From contig OZ252239.1 in the NCBI GenBank assembly GCA_965249485.1, positions 32,001-96,000 on the forward strand: 64,000 nucleotides of DNA, written 5' to 3'. The translations under genes and the position numbers were made by a program. The first letter of the stretch is position 1. The number at the start of each line of letters is the position of its first letter. The notes under the pieces were generated by a model. The model had not been told where the DNA came from and ran no database searches. It saw only the letters and a list, made by a program, of their open reading frames with translations. This stretch comes from a bacterium (GTDB taxonomy: Bacteria; SM23-31). Positions 10,761 through 22,066 of the stretch are shown one piece after another.

Positions 10761-12200
10761 ATGCGCAAAAAATGTTTTAGATACGTTGTTACTCTGTTTC
10801 TCATCACTCCTTTTATCTTACTTCCAACAACACTTCTCATGAACACAGATACCAATAATTTTTTAAATAGTAAATCATATGCAGCAGAGAGTGACACGCA
10901 TGTTTCGCAAAATAAAACAGATGAAGAAGACCAGAATTTGTTTGATGAAATCGACAATAACAAAGACGAGCATATTGCTTTTCTACAAGAGCTCATTGTA
11001 GCACAGAAAGACGGAGAAGAAGCTGTTCAGAGTCTTGTTGCAAAGCGGTTTAAAGAACTCGGCTGCACCACTGAAGTGCTCAGTGTGCTTCCTTCAAGTA
11101 TTACAATGGAGCACGAGTTTGCCGCAGTTGAAGCAATTCATGATGTTGAACAAATTACTGTTGTGGGAACCTATCCCGGCAGCGGAAACGGCAAAAGCCT
11201 CCTGATGTATGGACATCCGGATCCAGTACCCAATCCACAAACTGATGAATGGACACGTGTTCCATACGGCGCTGTGATTGAAGGTGACCGACTCTACGGA
11301 TACGGTGTAGCGGACGACCTTGAAGGAATCGCCATCCTCACTGAAGCGATCAATGCACTCCGCAATGCCGGTATACGGCCTGGTGGTGATGTCATTCTCG
11401 GCAGTGCGACAACAAAACAGAATGCCCGTGGAATCATAGCACTTTTAGACAAAGGCTATCGTGCGGATGGTTGTATATATCTTCATCCCGAAGAGACCGG
11501 TGTGGGGATGAAAGAAATTCAAAATATCACTCCAGGGATTCTCCGTTTCAGAATCACCGTTTCAGGAAAGCAGCCATCTACAAAGACACCGGGTAATACA
11601 GCTTTTGCACATCTTGGCGTTAACGCCATTGACAAAGCCGTTGTTATTGTCCAGGCACTGAAAAAGCTGGATGCGGAACGAGGCGAACGGATTTCGTATA
11701 AAATTCTTAATGACAAAGTTGGAAGATCGACAAATATACTGATCGGCAATATTAGTAGTGAAGGAAATTTCCCCATAGAGTGTATTGTTGAAGCATCAAT
11801 TACTTTTCCCCCTACGGAAAAAATGAATGACGTTAAGAGAGAGGTAGAAAATAGTATTGCCGGAGTTTCCGAATCCGACATATGGCTGAAAGAAAATCCT
11901 CCTTCTTTATTGTGGCTGTTTGGCGGTGAAGGAATGGATATTTCAGTAGAACATCCTCTCTGCAAAACGGTTAGCAGCGCTATAGAGGCCGTCACAGGTG
12001 AAGAACCGGTTACAAATCCCATGCATGCCGCAAGCTCGATTTATAATCCCTATCTGTATAGCGGAATTCCATCGGTAGCGTACGGACCGCTTGGTGGTAA
12101 TTTAACTTCGAACGGACTTGTTGACGAATGGATCGATGTGCCCGATTATATCAGGGCAATCAAAGTAACCGCAAAAATAATTCTTGATTGGACCAGATAG
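10761..12200 (+). CDS. M20 (ArgE/DapE-like) metallo-hydrolase with atypical active site
   Basis: GSGNGKSLLMYGHPD, LYGYGVADD, GVNAIDKA, DEWID motifs; N-terminal hydrophobic segment. Confidence 0.8.
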   Translation: MRKKCFRYVVTLFLITPFILLPTTLLMNTDTNNFLNSKSYAAESDTHVSQNKTDEEDQNLFDEIDNNKDEHIAFLQELIVAQKDGEEAVQSLVAKRFKELGCTTEVLSVLPSSITMEHEFAAVEAIHDVEQITVVGTYPGSGNGKSLLMYGHPDPVPNPQTDEWTRVPYGAVIEGDRLYGYGVADDLEGIAILTEAINALRNAGIRPGGDVILGSATTKQNARGIIALLDKGYRADGCIYLHPEETGVGMKEIQNITPGILRFRITVSGKQPSTKTPGNTAFAHLGVNAIDKAVVIVQALKKLDAERGERISYKILNDKVGRSTNILIGNISSEGNFPIECIVEASITFPPTEKMNDVKREVENSIAGVSESDIWLKENPPSLLWLFGGEGMDISVEHPLCKTVSSAIEAVTGEEPVTNPMHAASSIYNPYLYSGIPSVAYGPLGGNLTSNGLVDEWIDVPDYIRAIKVTAKIILDWTR

Positions 12201-12229
12201 AACTTTAGGAAAAATGCTGTTATCTGAGA

Positions 12230-14531
12230 TTATTTTCGCAAAAGGTAGGTGAATTTCGCGAGGAGGGTTCTATTGGTGGTCACATCATTACTGTTTCCTA
12301 TTAGATTCTCCTGATTATACACCAAATAAAAATCGGCACCCAGCTGGTACCTGTACCGGAGTATAATATTCTGTGACACTTGATTTCTGTCATCTAACAG
12401 CAAGGCGTCATCAACCCACTGGAAAAATCCTTTAATATATAATTCTGTATTAAATGCATAGCTCAACCTTGCTGAAATTAAATTCGTATGAAAATCCCCT
12501 TCGGGAACATCGACCTTGCTGTAATTATAATCCGCACTTGCAAAAACTCGTGGATGTGCTCGAACTGTTGTGCTCACTCCAACTCCCGATGAATTGCCGG
12601 TGAATAAATCCCCCCAATTCACATTGAACGATCCATGGACGGTTTTTGTCCTGCCCGAGCGATAAAGGCCGCGAAATTTCGTATTAGTATATTCACCTTG
12701 AGGAATTACACGACCAGGTCGAATTTCAAAATTTTTATCGAGGTACTCAAACTCCCTATCAACGGAAATACTGAGATTTGCAGTATTTTCAAAATCCATG
12801 GTAATTGTTCCATTTACTTTCTTGTTGAGTACCTGGTTACGATGATCAGTTATATAATTTGCATTCGTTATAAAAAGATCTGTCGTATTGTCGAATTGTT
12901 TGGGCGGGGTGAAAACGTGATACTGCCATCGGTGAACTTGATATCCGTCCTTTTGACAAAACCCATTGCCGGATTAAAATCTTTATCAATGTTCAGAAAA
13001 GAAAGGTTATACTGCCAGAGGTCCGATTGAAATTTCAGTCCGGCATTTCCTGAAAAATTATTTCTTTTACCTTTCTCTTCCGGCGAATACGTTCCCGCAC
13101 CAACCATAAAAAATGAGAGTCTTTCGCTGAAATTGAAGTTGGAGTCAAAACCAATCGAACGGTTATATCCTCCATCCCTTTCTTCTTTATTCAAAAACAT
13201 TACACCGACAGCGGAACGCGAAAAAATGTCACGTTTCAGTCTGAATGCACTAAAATTAGTTTCAGGAATAACTGACGTATTATTCGCAAGAGAGGTTTTT
13301 TCGGTTTGAAGAGACATGAGTCCCAACGAATAGTTTCCAATCTTGCCATTAAGGCGTGCACCACCCAGTATAGGCACAAGATTTCCGTCTGAAAGACCGA
13401 TTGTGCGACTATGAAACAGTTGGAAATTAGGTGCCTGACTAAACTGTGGCACCGTTACATCATTGATTGGATTTCCGCCCAGTTGTGCCTGGCCAAACGA
13501 AAATGTTCCCGCACCCTCTAAAAAAAACTCCCGTTTTTCAGGAAAAAACAGACTGAATCGTGTAAGGTTTACCTGTTCCTGATCCGCCTCGACCTGCGCA
13601 AAATCAGTATTAACGGTAAAATCGGCTGTTAATGTCGACGTGATGCTCTTTTTTAAGTCAATTCCGATTTCGCCGAGTTCATCTTCTACGATATCATCTC
13701 GCTGCATTCCACCTGTCACAAAGGGTTTAAAATCAAAATTACCTCCTGTTACCAGACCGTTGAAACCGGTAACATCACCTGCCTGGGATACACGCTCCTG
13801 CCCTTCAATGCCCGCATAGAGCGGCACGAAACGCCAGATTTCTTTTTCATTTTTTCTTATTATTGTGCGCACATAATTAACTCCCCAAACAAGATTATCT
13901 CCCTCATTATAACGAAGTGTCTGCCAGGGCACATAGAATAGATCTCAAGGTACCACCCCAGTTCATCAATCGAAGCTTTTGCATCCCATACACCCTCCCA
14001 AGCGCCATTGCGTATTCTCCCGTCCTCCCGGATGATCGCATCATTGACAGATCCCGCAGCGTTGATAATAAGATTAAAAGCACTTTGATAGTCGTGAAAC
14101 GTATCGAGAACTATCTCAAACCTATCGTCAAATACTAAATCCCCATCTCTTCTCATCTCCGAAATGTGGATTTTGTCTGGCTCGGAATCGTACAAACGGA
14201 CACCAAAATAAACATTCTCATCATCATAAATAATAGCAACTTCGGTCTTTTCAGTCGGAGGAGCACCGGTATCCGGAACCCGCTGGATAAAATCGTCCTG
14301 GAACTTTGCCTCTTCCCACACCGGATCGTCGAGAACACCGTCAATTTTGGGACCTTTGGCAACCCGTACTGCCTGCATAGTTTTGTGGAATTCACCAGAT
14401 TCCCGTGACGACGCATTTTGTCCGGTTTCCTGTGCATGTAATATACCCGGAACAAAAACTGCAATGAGCAGCATAAATTGCAGTGTTAATTTTAGAAATT
14501 TATTCGTAGTGGAACGTTTCATCGTTTGCAT
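12230..14531 (-). pseudogene. CBM9-like/DUF5916 outer-membrane protein, split by two frameshifts
   Basis: PKIDGVLDDPVW, NTDFAQVEAD, NLTRFSLFFPEKREFFLEG, C-terminal KFTY; three overlapping or adjacent ORFs join at ~13938 and ~12873. Confidence 0.8.
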
Positions 14532-14681
14532 AGTCTTCCTGAAGTTTCCGATACCAATTTTAGAGGAAATGAATTTGTAGTGCTCGAGTATATCGTCAGA
14601 GTATATGAGAGCAAAAAATACGAGATACCGTTTACTTTAACAAGTGTTTTTTAAATCTCAAGCTGAACGAACTGCATACTT

Positions 14682-16022
14682 TTAGTGTATTAACCGTATC
14701 CCATTCATCGGTGGATAAAGAAACTCTACACCACGTTCGGTGACAATCACATCATCTTCCATTGCAAAATAAATGTGTTTCCCTTTGCCCAATTCAGGCA
14801 TCGGGCTGTGCACTCCATATTCAAATACGAAGAGATGATAGGGAGGAATCGTCAATTGAGCTTTATCCGAGTTTTCGACAATACTCGGGCCGACTCCGTC
14901 GACCGGCCAGCTATTACCGAGAGGGTGGAAACCTACATTAATCTGTGTCTTTGCAGGATCGACATTGATGTCATATTGATCCCTGGAAGTGTAGTGAAAT
15001 CCCGACTCCTCTAACTTATCTTTGAGGATTTCAAACGTTTCCATTCCGGTACGACCCGCCTTTATGTTTTTGCGGAAAATTTCCCGCGCATCCAATGCTT
15101 CATCTAACGTTTTCTGAATTCCGGACGGTAGAGCTGTTTCTCCTTCCCGTAGAATATATGATATCCGTTTAATATCTATGCGGTAATTCATATGTATCGT
15201 ACCAAAATCAATATGGAGCACATCCCCTCTCTGGACTACGTAATGATCGCCTCCACGTGCATCATTTTCGTGCCCGTCAACATCTCTGACAAATACACCC
15301 GGTATCAGAAATTGAAACATCGAGTCAAACCCTCTCGTCATGTTCTGGTTTACGAGCCACCGGCCGATATCACCTACGGTAGTGACACCTGGCTTGACCA
15401 TATCGAATGCCTTCTCGATCACATTTACGGTCTCTTTGCACAGCTCGCCAAAGTAGACTACTTCACTCATCACCCTTCTTGTTCGAAAATCGGTAATAAG
15501 GTTCTCCGCCGAAACGATTCTTTGTGCATATTTATTGCCTAAATCACTAACCAATTTGCGGTAGTCCGTGTACGAAATACCGTCAGCTACGGCGATTGTT
15601 TCCGAAAAATTTACGGCTATACGATTCGGATCACGTTCAGATACAAACTCTGCAATCTCATTCGCCCGCCCTACAATATCGTATGCTTTACTGTTTCGAG
15701 CAGTAGTAGATGCACGACCCAGAACAGCCCGCTCGATCCTGTCACCTCCCCGGTCTGTAAAAATAAAGGTACCGGTGTTGCTGCCAAAATCCAATCTGAG
15801 TGGATCGAGATTGCCTTCTTCACCATTTTTTGTTCCCATTACGTGAATCCACATGTCAATATCGTTATCCCGCATAGCCTGAGGCAGAATATTGTCAAAC
15901 TTCTCTCTGCGGATCAGATCCAGCATGTCCAGCATTTTGTCTGATTCAAGATTTTGGGCCGGGAGTCTCTCGACAAGCAAAAAGAACGATAAAATCAACA
16001 CAACAATCCGAGATTTACGCAT
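14682..16022 (-). CDS. Secreted M24-family metallopeptidase, intact ligands
   Basis: HIDFG..RIDIK..FHPLG..VFE..MEDD. Confidence 0.88.
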   Translation of the reverse strand: MRKSRIVVLILSFFLLVERLPAQNLESDKMLDMLDLIRREKFDNILPQAMRDNDIDMWIHVMGTKNGEEGNLDPLRLDFGSNTGTFIFTDRGGDRIERAVLGRASTTARNSKAYDIVGRANEIAEFVSERDPNRIAVNFSETIAVADGISYTDYRKLVSDLGNKYAQRIVSAENLITDFRTRRVMSEVVYFGELCKETVNVIEKAFDMVKPGVTTVGDIGRWLVNQNMTRGFDSMFQFLIPGVFVRDVDGHENDARGGDHYVVQRGDVLHIDFGTIHMNYRIDIKRISYILREGETALPSGIQKTLDEALDAREIFRKNIKAGRTGMETFEILKDKLEESGFHYTSRDQYDINVDPAKTQINVGFHPLGNSWPVDGVGPSIVENSDKAQLTIPPYHLFVFEYGVHSPMPELGKGKHIYFAMEDDVIVTERGVEFLYPPMNGIRLIH

Positions 16023-16197
16023 GATTTCACCTCATAATTAATGGTTATATCAAATAACGTATTAATGATCTATATAGTATCGAGAATGATTAATTGAAAA
16101 ACTTATTTGACCAATTATGTGGAATTGTTCAATATCCGGCTGTACTTGTATGACTTCTCAAACCGGCATAAAGAAAGTATAAAAATTCGTTACAGAA

Positions 16198-16905
16198 TTA
16201 TGACAGCTTTTCAAATAGATCGTTAATCGGAGGATTGTGGCTTTCCATAAAGATCTCAAAGAAAAACTCATGTTGAATCATATCCTTAATACCCACAGCA
16301 TCAATTGTGTCCTGAAACGTTACATAGCAGTCCAGCGCTTTTTTATTGACCTCGATATCAACATCCTCAACATGTACAATGCAGTCAATTTCTTCTTCTG
16401 TTGAATAGCTCAGATGAAAATAGGTAACCTTTTCGGCACTTTCCCGGGTAATCGTCAAGAATGCTAGCCTTTTTAGATATTGAGCGGATGACATCATGTC
16501 CATATATACCCGCTTCACGATACCATGACAGATCAGGTGATCGTGGAAACCACTGATGCCGTGGACAGGATATGTTACAATCACATGAGGTTGCACAGTT
16601 CTGATTTCCTCTTCAATTACCTGCTCAATCTCACGAGGGTCCATTTCCTTTAATCCGCTGTCAGGAAGATCAAGCACGTTCATCCCCGTAAGGTTGAGTG
16701 TTTTAGCTACATTCAGCATCTCTTCATAGCGAATCTCTCCCATTTCGTCAACAGATTTACCATATTTGTGCCGCTGTTTGGTTGCCCCGCCTTTTGTCAA
16801 TGTCAACAAATAGACCTCATGGCCTTCTCTAAGTTGTTTATGCATGACATGCGCAGGTCCAAACGACTCATCATCAGGATGGGGATATATATAGAGTATT
16901 TTCAT
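16198..16905 (-). CDS. PIG-L/LmbE family deacetylase
   Basis: PHPDDE and GFHDH motifs. Confidence 0.9.
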   Translation of the reverse strand: MKILYIYPHPDDESFGPAHVMHKQLREGHEVYLLTLTKGGATKQRHKYGKSVDEMGEIRYEEMLNVAKTLNLTGMNVLDLPDSGLKEMDPREIEQVIEEEIRTVQPHVIVTYPVHGISGFHDHLICHGIVKRVYMDMMSSAQYLKRLAFLTITRESAEKVTYFHLSYSTEEEIDCIVHVEDVDIEVNKKALDCYVTFQDTIDAVGIKDMIQHEFFFEIFMESHNPPINDLFEKLS

Positions 16906-16941
16906 GTCGATTCCTTTAAATAAAACAATGATTGGCTTATA

Positions 16942-17610
16942 CTATACTTTCAATTTCGATAATGCAACAATATCTTTACACTCGAGTATTTGTTTAATAT
17001 AAGCATGTGCGACACTATGGATCATAGCAAGCCCGATCTCATCCAATGTGGTGACATATTTCGGAAAGAGTATCTTCAACAGAGGATAGAATGGTGCAAG
17101 GTACCTGTAGAATGCAAGTGTATTGTTCAGCCCCATGGTTGGATGAATATATCCGGGCCTGAACATATATGCTGCTTTAAAGGGAAGCTTCATCAAATCA
17201 TTCTCCGTTTTACCTTTCACACGTGCCCACATACTGCGTCCCTTTTCAGTGCTGTCGGTTCCTGCGCCGGAAACATAGCAGAACGTCATATCGGGATTGA
17301 GCTCGGCTAAAGTATTGGCAACATTCAATGTTAGATCATAAGTGATATGCCGATAATCTTCCTCTTTCATACCAATCGCGGAGATTCCCATGCAAAAGTA
17401 GCAGGCATTATACCCTGATAACTGGTCTCTGAGCGGTGTTAGCTCAAAAAAATCCTGATTAATAATTTCTTTCAGCTTTTCATTCTGGACACCACAGGAT
17501 TTTCTATTGATCACTAATACGGACGACACATCGGAGTGATTGAGACATTCGTGGAGAACACCCTCTCCAATCATTCCTGTTGTCCCGTATATGATTGCAC
17601 GAATTTTCAT
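16942..17610 (-). CDS. NAD(P)-binding epimerase/SDR-like protein
   Basis: GTTGMIG Rossmann motif, YVSGAG, WARVKGKTE, FRPG. Confidence 0.85.
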   Translation of the reverse strand: MKIRAIIYGTTGMIGEGVLHECLNHSDVSSVLVINRKSCGVQNEKLKEIINQDFFELTPLRDQLSGYNACYFCMGISAIGMKEEDYRHITYDLTLNVANTLAELNPDMTFCYVSGAGTDSTEKGRSMWARVKGKTENDLMKLPFKAAYMFRPGYIHPTMGLNNTLAFYRYLAPFYPLLKILFPKYVTTLDEIGLAMIHSVAHAYIKQILECKDIVALSKLKV

Positions 17611-17646
17611 GGTTTTATCAACAGTAATTGTTATAAATGATATGAG

Positions 17647-18762
17647 TTATAACATTGATAATTCAGACAATTTTTTATCGTATTCGATTATCATCTCCGT
17701 CCAGTCGTATTTCTTGATAAGTGCTGCGATGTCTTTCGCTCGTGTTCTTGCTTTTTCAACATTCAATATACTGTTTTTTAACTTTTTATATAAATCTTTG
17801 TCATTTTCATAAAAAAGATCGGGGTTAATGGATTCTTCAAACAGCTCTACATATGACAATCTCTTTGGCAGTAAGGGAAGCGTATTGCAATAGACTGCTT
17901 CGACAATGCTTATGCCGAAATAATCCTGTATCGATGTCACCGGTATAATATCTGCTTTCCATAACCAATCTCTATATTCATGAAACGACTCACAATATCC
18001 GATATGTATGATTTCATCACGCAGAATATCAGCTACATTAGCAAAAATATCCGGTACGAACCGGAATTTTTCACCCAGAATTACGAGCGAGAACTCTAAA
18101 CCATCTTGTTTCAACGCAATAAGCGTATCAAAAAATAATTCCGGATTTTTGTCGAATTCCCATCTATGATTCCAGAGAATTATCGGACGATCTTTATCAA
18201 ATGAATGTTTACCTGGCAGGTCGAATTTCTTTAAATCACAACCGAGATAGAGGACTGACGATTTATTCGATATTTCATCGATGGTATGTTCATTTTGATA
18301 ATCAGGCATCTTCTTCAGGTATTTCGTGAGACCTGACAAATAGCTGCTTTTGTGATACTGGGAGTTGAATAAATTCCAGTGACTCACAAGTGAGGACGTG
18401 TAATTTATGTAGTAGTAATGAAAGTCTCTGTTCAGTTCAACATCGTTATCATCGGGCGACCACGGATAGGATATCTGATTTTCATGAAAATATATAACGA
18501 CCGGAATATTCTTTATCTTATCATTGCAGATCGATTTAAATATGGGAAGGTTCAGCATGTCGGAGCATAAGATTAAATCCGGATTTTTATCATATTTCAA
18601 AAACTCATACGCCAGGGTAATTGCACCGCCGTGCATTCTCCATTTCCACTTTCTCCCTGAAAGATGCAAAATATCGATAGTATGTTGAGAATAGCGTTGA
18701 TACGACTTGATCCACTGCTGATGCGAACCAGTGTGATATGGTTCAATATAGAGTATATGCAT
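17647..18762 (-). CDS. DUF3524-containing GT-B glycosyltransferase (GTDC1-like)
   Basis: EPYHTGSH, WKWRMHG, YFHENQ, WNHRWEFDKNPE, FGISIVEA; likely start ATG 18762. Confidence 0.85.
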   Translation of the reverse strand: MHILYIEPYHTGSHQQWIKSYQRYSQHTIDILHLSGRKWKWRMHGGAITLAYEFLKYDKNPDLILCSDMLNLPIFKSICNDKIKNIPVVIYFHENQISYPWSPDDNDVELNRDFHYYYINYTSSLVSHWNLFNSQYHKSSYLSGLTKYLKKMPDYQNEHTIDEISNKSSVLYLGCDLKKFDLPGKHSFDKDRPIILWNHRWEFDKNPELFFDTLIALKQDGLEFSLVILGEKFRFVPDIFANVADILRDEIIHIGYCESFHEYRDWLWKADIIPVTSIQDYFGISIVEAVYCNTLPLLPKRLSYVELFEESINPDLFYENDKDLYKKLKNSILNVEKARTRAKDIAALIKKYDWTEMIIEYDKKLSELSML

Positions 18763-19106
18763 TGTGTCTAATAATATTAATAATGATAGAATACCTTGAG
18801 TCAATAAACCATGGGATTGAACTTTCACTGAACAATTCATATCTCTCATCTGCAAAATATCAATTACTTTTTGGAATATCAAGTGAGGGATTATATATGT
18901 AATAGATTTAACAATATATAATCCAACAAATTATTGTGAAAGCTTATTTAATGGCTCATCTCCAGTAACCAAATATTTTCCTTGTTAAAAAATAATTTCA
19001 TATTAAATTTTCATCACTACTTTTTCATGTGGTCCATTGAGACCAGCCAGTATAGAGTAATACATTGATTTAATAACAAATACAACAAATGGAGGAAATC
19101 ATTCGT

Positions 19107-19511
19107 ATGAAAATAAAATTTGATATGATAGGACTGTTTGTGAAGGACCTGCATGCAATGGTCGCGTTTTACAGAGATGTAATCGGTATTGACATAGATT
19201 GGAATGGAGAGGGGCCCTATGCCGAATTTAAACATGATGGAATCAGGTTCGCATTTTTTAAACGGAAAATGCTCCCCGATCTGCTTGGACAAGAACCTAC
19301 ATATCCAGAGGGTTTGAACGGTACGTTTGAGCTTGCGATTAATTACCCGTTATTAGATGATGTTGACAGGGAATTTACCAGAATGGTGCAAGCCGGAGGC
19401 ATACCTATCTATGAACCACGGAATGAACCGTGGGGCCTTAGATCATCCATGGTAGCAGATCCAGAAAATAATCTCATTGAATTGGGTTCATGGATTGAGA
19501 AACAAAAATAA
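19107..19511 (+). CDS. VOC/glyoxalase family protein
   Basis: GLFVKDL..AFYRDV, EPWGLRS..ADPENNLIE. Confidence 0.9.
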   Translation: MKIKFDMIGLFVKDLHAMVAFYRDVIGIDIDWNGEGPYAEFKHDGIRFAFFKRKMLPDLLGQEPTYPEGLNGTFELAINYPLLDDVDREFTRMVQAGGIPIYEPRNEPWGLRSSMVADPENNLIELGSWIEKQK

Positions 19512-19672
19512 CCTCAAAGTGTCACTTTTCAACACACTAAACTGAATGATTTGAACACCTACCGTATAAAAAATCAGATCCATTCGAAACAGTTACTTCT
19601 ATAAATAATGGACATTTTATTTAATGTAATCGTAGTAAGCATAAGAATGGCGTCGAACACCGTTAATAAAAG

Positions 19673-19703
19673 TGCACATCGTCCATTTGTTGGACGAGGT
19701 GCA
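19673..19703. terminator. Hairpin between convergent genes, possible terminator
   Basis: TGCACATCGTCCA-tttgt-TGGACGAGGTGCA: 13-bp stem with one mismatch. Confidence 0.5.
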
Positions 19704-19748
19704 GCATAGATATTTAACCTTTACTTTTAAATTCTCAATTTCACCGTG

Positions 19749-21095
19749 TTATCGAATCAGGAGCACGCGATCCTGCGGTGGGTGGAGCCATTCGATACCG
19801 CGTTCCGTGACCAAAACATTTTCTTCAATGTTGACGGGGATTTTTCCACCATCCCATTCGACCGCCGGTGTAAAAACGATATATTCCATTGAAAGAATGG
19901 CATTAGGCCTCACTTCGTATTTAGTCCTTTCAGGATAAAGTTCGAAAAGCGCTGCCGCCAGATCATGGCTGATATTGCCCGCGGCATGCATTCCGACATT
20001 CACCTCGATTCCCGGGACACTACTTGCCCTCTCAATTTCTGTGTAAACATAGCCGGCGTCTCGAATGATCTGTTTGAGTTCATCTATCTGCACCCGGCCG
20101 GTTCGTCCTGTGCGAACGTTTTTCCGAATAATCTCTCGCACTTTCTTTGCCTCCTCAAAAGTATTCAAAACACCTGGTGGTGCATCCAATTCTCCTTCTT
20201 TGAGGACATATGCGAACCGTTTCATGTCCGTAGCGAAATTATTTCGATTGAGCCCCCAATCAATCTGCAATACATCACCGCGCTGGATAACGCGCTCTGT
20301 TCCACCGATTTCACTGCCATCGGGCCGATGTGAGTAAACCGTTGGAAACCATGTTCTGAGCAGGCCGAGTTTTTCCCGATACTCCTCTAACCACCGTGCG
20401 ACCTGATTATGAGTTGTCTTGCCGGGTGTGATAACTTCGTTCGATAAAGCACGTTCAAGTCCTCTCCGGGTTATGTCAGCGACCTTGGAAAACTCGATAA
20501 TTTCGCTCCCAACGCGTTCACCGTGGAATTCGGCAATAAGATGTTGAGCTGATACGAAGCGTTTTGTATATTTCTCACCTAATTCTTTTTCGAGAAACTT
20601 GTAATCCGTGTATGAAAGGCCGTCTGAGGTGTGGATTCCTTCCATCTGTTCATTCGGTACTGCAATATAATTGAGACCAATTCTCTGCGGGTCACGGTCA
20701 TAGACAAGTGACCGGAGATCATCGTCTCCCTCAATTTCGTCGTAGGCACCGCACATTTGAGCAAGATCAGAACGTCCGCCAAGAGAATACCTTTCGATAC
20801 GACCACCACCATTGTCATAAAAGACGAAAATTCCCTGACCGTAAGCAGTTTCAATGCCGAAATCAAGCATCATCGGTTCCATACCACGACCGTGGTCAAT
20901 GACAATCCACATATCGATATTGTTGCGGCGCATGGCATTGGGAAGCACGTAATCAAATTTGTCGTTACGGATCATACACGAAATCTCCCATTGGGACTGC
21001 CAGGAGGCTTGGTGGTTATCGGGTGGTCGCTGCGCATAGGCATCTGGTATAATGAGTATCACAGCAAACGATAACATCACAAGTCGAGATAGCAT
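19749..21095 (-). CDS. Secreted M24-family metallopeptidase, intact ligands
   Basis: QIDWG..ATDMK..GMHAAG..SME..NIEEN; signal peptide AYA-Q from ATG 21095. Confidence 0.88.
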   Translation of the reverse strand: MLSRLVMLSFAVILIIPDAYAQRPPDNHQASWQSQWEISCMIRNDKFDYVLPNAMRRNNIDMWIVIDHGRGMEPMMLDFGIETAYGQGIFVFYDNGGGRIERYSLGGRSDLAQMCGAYDEIEGDDDLRSLVYDRDPQRIGLNYIAVPNEQMEGIHTSDGLSYTDYKFLEKELGEKYTKRFVSAQHLIAEFHGERVGSEIIEFSKVADITRRGLERALSNEVITPGKTTHNQVARWLEEYREKLGLLRTWFPTVYSHRPDGSEIGGTERVIQRGDVLQIDWGLNRNNFATDMKRFAYVLKEGELDAPPGVLNTFEEAKKVREIIRKNVRTGRTGRVQIDELKQIIRDAGYVYTEIERASSVPGIEVNVGMHAAGNISHDLAAALFELYPERTKYEVRPNAILSMEYIVFTPAVEWDGGKIPVNIEENVLVTERGIEWLHPPQDRVLLIR

Positions 21096-21393
21096 AATGT
21101 TCTCCTCATTTGATTGAAACGTGATTTTAAATGACATATCGGATTCTGTTTTAATGATACATGTTTTCAGGAAAGTAAGCAAGTTGAATGTACAGAAAAA
21201 GAAAACTTTATGAGAATTTTTGCTTAGAAACACAAGAATCCGTTGAACGGTATACTTGTCGAATCCTAACGAATTGCAGAGGAGTGAAAAATATGTTGGG
21301 TGAGCTTATTAAGAAACAGTGAATGGTAGATTTTGCAGAAAGAGAAGTGGAACGTGCGCGAAACGTGTATAATCTTAGGAGACCAAAGAGAGT

Positions 21394-21421
21394 CCTCGGA
21401 ATCGGCCACCCGATTCCGAGG
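21394..21421. repeat. Perfect 12-bp inverted repeat
   Basis: CCTCGGAATCGG-ccac-CCGATTCCGAGG. Confidence 0.85.
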
Positions 21422-21561
21422 CTGTTTCACCACCGAATACTGTTACTACGCCAATGGATAATACAACGATGTATATATCGATGAATTGACTAACTCAAAT
21501 AATAGTCCAAAATATGAGAGCTGGTCAATAGATTCATTTCCATTGATATGAACAGGCAGTG

Positions 21562-21945
21562 TTATTTACTGCTAATGTAACTCCCAACTTCCTGCAATTC
21601 TTTAAGGAAAAGATCCCTGTCGTAATTGACACCATTAAAATAAGTGCTCCATCCGGCACCAAATTTAGCAAGCATAACAGCTTCCTGTACCTCTTCCTTG
21701 GAAGCTCCGTGCAATCCAGCTACCCCGCTATGAAAATTGGTGCAATACCAGCATTGCCTTACCGCAGCAACAGCAATCCCGATTAACTCACGGTATTTTG
21801 GCGGTATAGCAGACTCTTCGGTTAAAACAGCTCTTTTAAATAAATACCATTCCGATTCCAGAGAAACTTCCGGTATTTCCTGAAAAAAAGTAGGTACCTG
21901 CCCCAATGCTTCTTTGATTTCGGTAAAAATTTCTTCTCTTGACAT
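21562..21945 (-). CDS. Carboxymuconolactone decarboxylase/AhpD-like protein
   Basis: IPPKYRELIGIAVA..CWYC..FH..GAS.EE. Confidence 0.88.
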   Translation of the reverse strand: MSREEIFTEIKEALGQVPTFFQEIPEVSLESEWYLFKRAVLTEESAIPPKYRELIGIAVAAVRQCWYCTNFHSGVAGLHGASKEEVQEAVMLAKFGAGWSTYFNGVNYDRDLFLKELQEVGSYISSK

Positions 21946-22066
21946 TTTTCCACCTTTATATTTAGTGATTAATGGTTACATTACTTACTATTCTCAAACA
22001 ATTTTTACTGAGAAAAGAATTGACACTTCAAAGATATCCTTCTTGTGATATAAATATATTTATGAC

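Noticed and set aside
4173..16155. Possible extra core copies at ~4173 and ~16136
   Set aside because: Too degenerate to distinguish from chance by eye; a PWM scan is needed.
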